From Anthoceros angustus (Eukaryota; Plantae; Anthocerotophyta), in the NCBI GenBank assembly GCA_010909165.1, contig MU008159.1:434001-498000 (forward strand): a DNA stretch of 64,000 nucleotides. The letters run 5' to 3'. Below, piece after piece: positions 61,014-64,000 of this stretch. The notes under the pieces are model-generated. The model was not told the DNA's origin. It saw nothing but the letters and a program-made list of their open reading frames with translations, and did no database searches. The position numbers and the translations under genes are program-made. How positions within the stretch are numbered: the first letter of the stretch is position 1; each line of letters starts with the position of its first letter.

Positions 61014-63065
61014 AGCCTGTAGACACCTCTGGGAGCGTGCACTATCTAGTTAATCAACGGCCCAGGGGTTGTGCATCTAGTCCACTGTCCGACTGACAGA
61101 ATTTTGCATTATGGTATTTACCTACACTTTTCTTTTCTGCTCGTCTACCCACCTATAGACGACTTTTATGAAGACCTCGGTTGGTTCACCCTCTTGCAGT
61201 GACTGGGTGTTGTTTCTAAGGCGCTGGCTAAAGACGAAGTTGAGAGCAATTCGCACATCTGCGAGGAGGGTTTTGCACAAACGTGCATCCTCAACACGCT
61301 GGCTGGTACGTGGTCTGGAGGACAGCAGAAGGAAGAACGAGGCTGGCACAGAACGATTTCATTTACCACGATCTGCTGTGTTGAAGGGTTTTCAGACGGC
61401 TGTGTGGTGTTAAAGCGCAAAGTGTCCAGAATCTGTTCTGACCACAACTTTGTGCAAATGTGTATCTCGCATCGACATGCCGCCGTGAACTTTTTACACA
61501 CAGTGCTTCTTCTTTGCAGTTTCGCCTCCATGAGAGCTCACCAGCCTTTGAGTTAGTGCTTTGCTGGTGTTCCGATTTAAGTTTACATTTCCGATTGGCG
61601 TGGTTGGCCAAAACACGTCATTCATCACGGATCGTGAGGAAATCGAGGCCTGCAGCAACTGCCGAGCCTGCACAGCACAAAGGGCAACCTTGTCGTCTAC
61701 AGCAGCTACCGCAAGGCAGACTGGGCCAGCGGCACCAACGGCCCCAACGGCCGCTCTTAGGGCACTCTGCCCACATTTGGCACAGCAACGGCGCAGCCCG
61801 TTCTCTAAGCTGCAGTGCCCAAGCACCGCAGATGCGCAGATACATAGCTTGCAAGAAGGTGTCTGGAGACGGCAGTGCTCCACATATGTTGTTGCCCAGT
61901 GTCTGATGCTCGTTTTGCTCGTGGTATGGATTTGGTGTCGTTCGTGTGAATTCAACGACCCGCCTCCGCATGGGTCTAGATCTGTGGGAGGATAGCAATC
62001 ATGGGGTTCTTGCGAGTTGCTCACCGGTACCATCTGCGCACTTCCAAGTGGCTACCGGCCCCATTTCTGTTGCATCCTAGCATAAACTATGTGCAGCGTC
62101 TAGGTTCCTCGATTGCATATGTGGCTAGATAATATACACCTACACATATGAAAAGAAAAGAGCTGTATTGAGGCACGAGATGGGGAGCCCATCCACCTTT
62201 AGAAGGCCAACTCGGGAACCAAGGGTTACATTTCGAGAAAGCAGTAAAGCTCCAAACCTAAAAGTCACCTATATCTCCTACAATATCATAATTAGACAGA
62301 CTGAAAGGCCCATATTTAATAGATATAAATAAGTGTAAATATTATATAATCTTATCTGTTAGGTTTCATCGGTATATAGTTTTTTTCAACCACAAATTCA
62401 TACAACGTTTACGTCTAGTTAGGTTTTAGGCTTTAAAAATCGTGTAGAGTCTAGGGTCTGGAGTTTAGGATTTAGGTTTCAGGAATCGTTGTGTACAAAA
62501 TATATTTTTAATTCCTCATATAGAAAGTATTATTTTAAGACTCTTCCGAATATGAATTTCTTTTTTAAGACTCTTCGAATGTAAAAGACCTTTTTAGGAC
62601 TCTTCATATGTCAAATTCCTTTTCTAAGATTCTTGTATGTAAAGTACTTTCTTAAGACTCCTCGAATATAAAGTACCATTTTAAGATTTTTTTTAGACTA
62701 CATATAAACCTTTTGTCATCAGTAAGATTCAAAGTATTGAGGTTTAGAGTATTTTTCAAGCGGGACTGTTCGATAGACTTTATTGTAAAAGATAGGAGAG
62801 ATACACACGTCGTCTTGAAACCAAGATTGAACAAGACCATTTTTTTCATAATTATCTAGCTTCAACATATAAAATAGAAAAAACTTAATACAAGCCTCAT
62901 CCAGCTCAATTTGTGAATGTGACCTTTTATTTATTAATATTATAGATTATTACTTTTATCATCGAGGTTCAAGGTATAAAATAGCGGGGAATTAAGATAA
63001 TCTTTCCTATATATGTAAGTGTAAGTTGCACATAATTGATGAGATTTGAATCCTATAACTTCATT

Positions 63066-63842
63066 ATGTCTGGAGTTGAAGCAATGGAGAATTTTGTATA
63101 TTTTTCCCCGAAAGAAGCCGTCAATGCACTTGAGGAAACATTAGGCTATATTTTTGAGGATAAAAATCTTTTGTTAGCGGCAATAACACACAAGTCACAT
63201 GAAGGTGCTGGTATATGGGGTTCTTATGAGGTATGGATTATTAAAAGGCAGTTTTCAATTATTTTTTAAAATTTTAGTCCAACTTACCAATACCAATACA
63301 CTTGATTTTTCTACTTTTTGAATCATGTCCTATAATTGAATGTTTCTCATGCAGCGGCTAGAACATGTGGGAGACACTTTGCTTAGTGCTATGTTAACTA
63401 AACACTTCTATGAAAATTATACAAATGCTTCTGAAGGAGATATGACTCGTATGAGGTCAGCTATGGTGAACAACGAGTCACTTGCAAAAGTTGCTATCAA
63501 GCATAATCTTGGCCGCTACATCCAGCATAGAGAAAAAAATGTTTATACCCAGATAGTGAACTGTAATCTTGACGATATCAACAGCGAGAAGTGTCCAAAA
63601 GTACTGTAGCCTACTTTTCACTACTCTTCTATGGCTTATACATGCACTAGAGATCTTATTATGTCAAATGAATAGCATATCTGAATATAGTTTTTCAATA
63701 GATTTTGGCAGATATTGTCGAAAGCATAGTGGCTGCAATTTTTATTGATACAAAAGATGATTTTCGGAAAACATGGAATATTATACGTCCGCTCATGTTG
63801 CCAATGGTCACTCCAGATGAGTTCTTAGGATCTCCTTCATCA
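63066..63842 (+). CDS. RNase III-like (RTL-type) protein, 5' exons; likely continues past the window
   Basis: Exons 63066-63230, 63355-63600 and 63702-63842 with GT-AG introns. LEETLGYIFEDKNLLLAAITHKS…SYE|RLEHVGD…RSAMVNNESLA…PK|ILADIVESIVAAIFID matches the RNase III signature with catalytic E/D/D/E residues. Confidence 0.9.
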
Positions 63843-64000
63843 GTAAGAATCTAATGTTCCTTTTTTTTTCTCATGTCATAATATTGAGTCTTTCTTTTAT
63901 GTTGTTGGGCACTAAAATGAAAGTTCTTATTTCCACTTAAGACTGACATCACTTGAAAGTTAATGAAAAATGCATTTACAGTTGACGCAGAAACGAAGGA

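Noticed and set aside
61120-62050. Overlapping 120-180 aa ORFs on both strands between the tRNA-like genes and the RNase III gene
   Set aside because: No recognisable motif or consistent exon structure, so I cannot support a call.
62415-62485. TTTAGG-like motifs as an interstitial telomere
   Set aside because: Only a few degenerate, non-contiguous units.

Overview
Eukaryotic land-plant nuclear DNA, most likely a hornwort or another non-seed plant with U-to-C organellar editing. This is inferred from a DYW:KP/'DRH'-type PPR remnant, plant-type U2 snRNA and tRNA-Pro, and short GT-AG introns. The first ~47 kb is a nested transposon/repeat region. It holds three copies of a ~3.6 kb block, one split by a 3.6 kb TIR element, plus Copia and Gypsy remnants, an intact gag+protease-only LTR element with a TSD, a CRE-type LINE end, minisatellites, a decayed LRR-RLK, a variant U2 and a tRNA-Pro. 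The last ~17 kb is genic. MIC60 (mitofilin) is flanked by inverted duplications, followed by U2 snRNA copies, two BURP-domain paralogues, two odd intron-bearing tRNA-like genes and the 5' part of an RNase III-like gene. Three observations stand out. (1) A BURP-domain gene carries fused, repeated Trp-rich candidate core peptides (QTYWNQLW, QTHWNQHW), making it a candidate new autocatalytic burpitide RiPP system; a paralogue has a different core. (2) A TIR DNA element carries a prokaryote-type beta-class N4C/N6A DNA methyltransferase gene with a spliceosomal intron. (3) A tandem pair of tRNA-Pro-derived cloverleaves has 53-55 nt introns and anticodons (GCA, GCT) that do not match the body. Many frameshifts are 1-nt losses in short runs and may be assembly errors, so pseudogene calls are provisional. 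All protein-family assignments are by-eye motif recognition; no searches were run.
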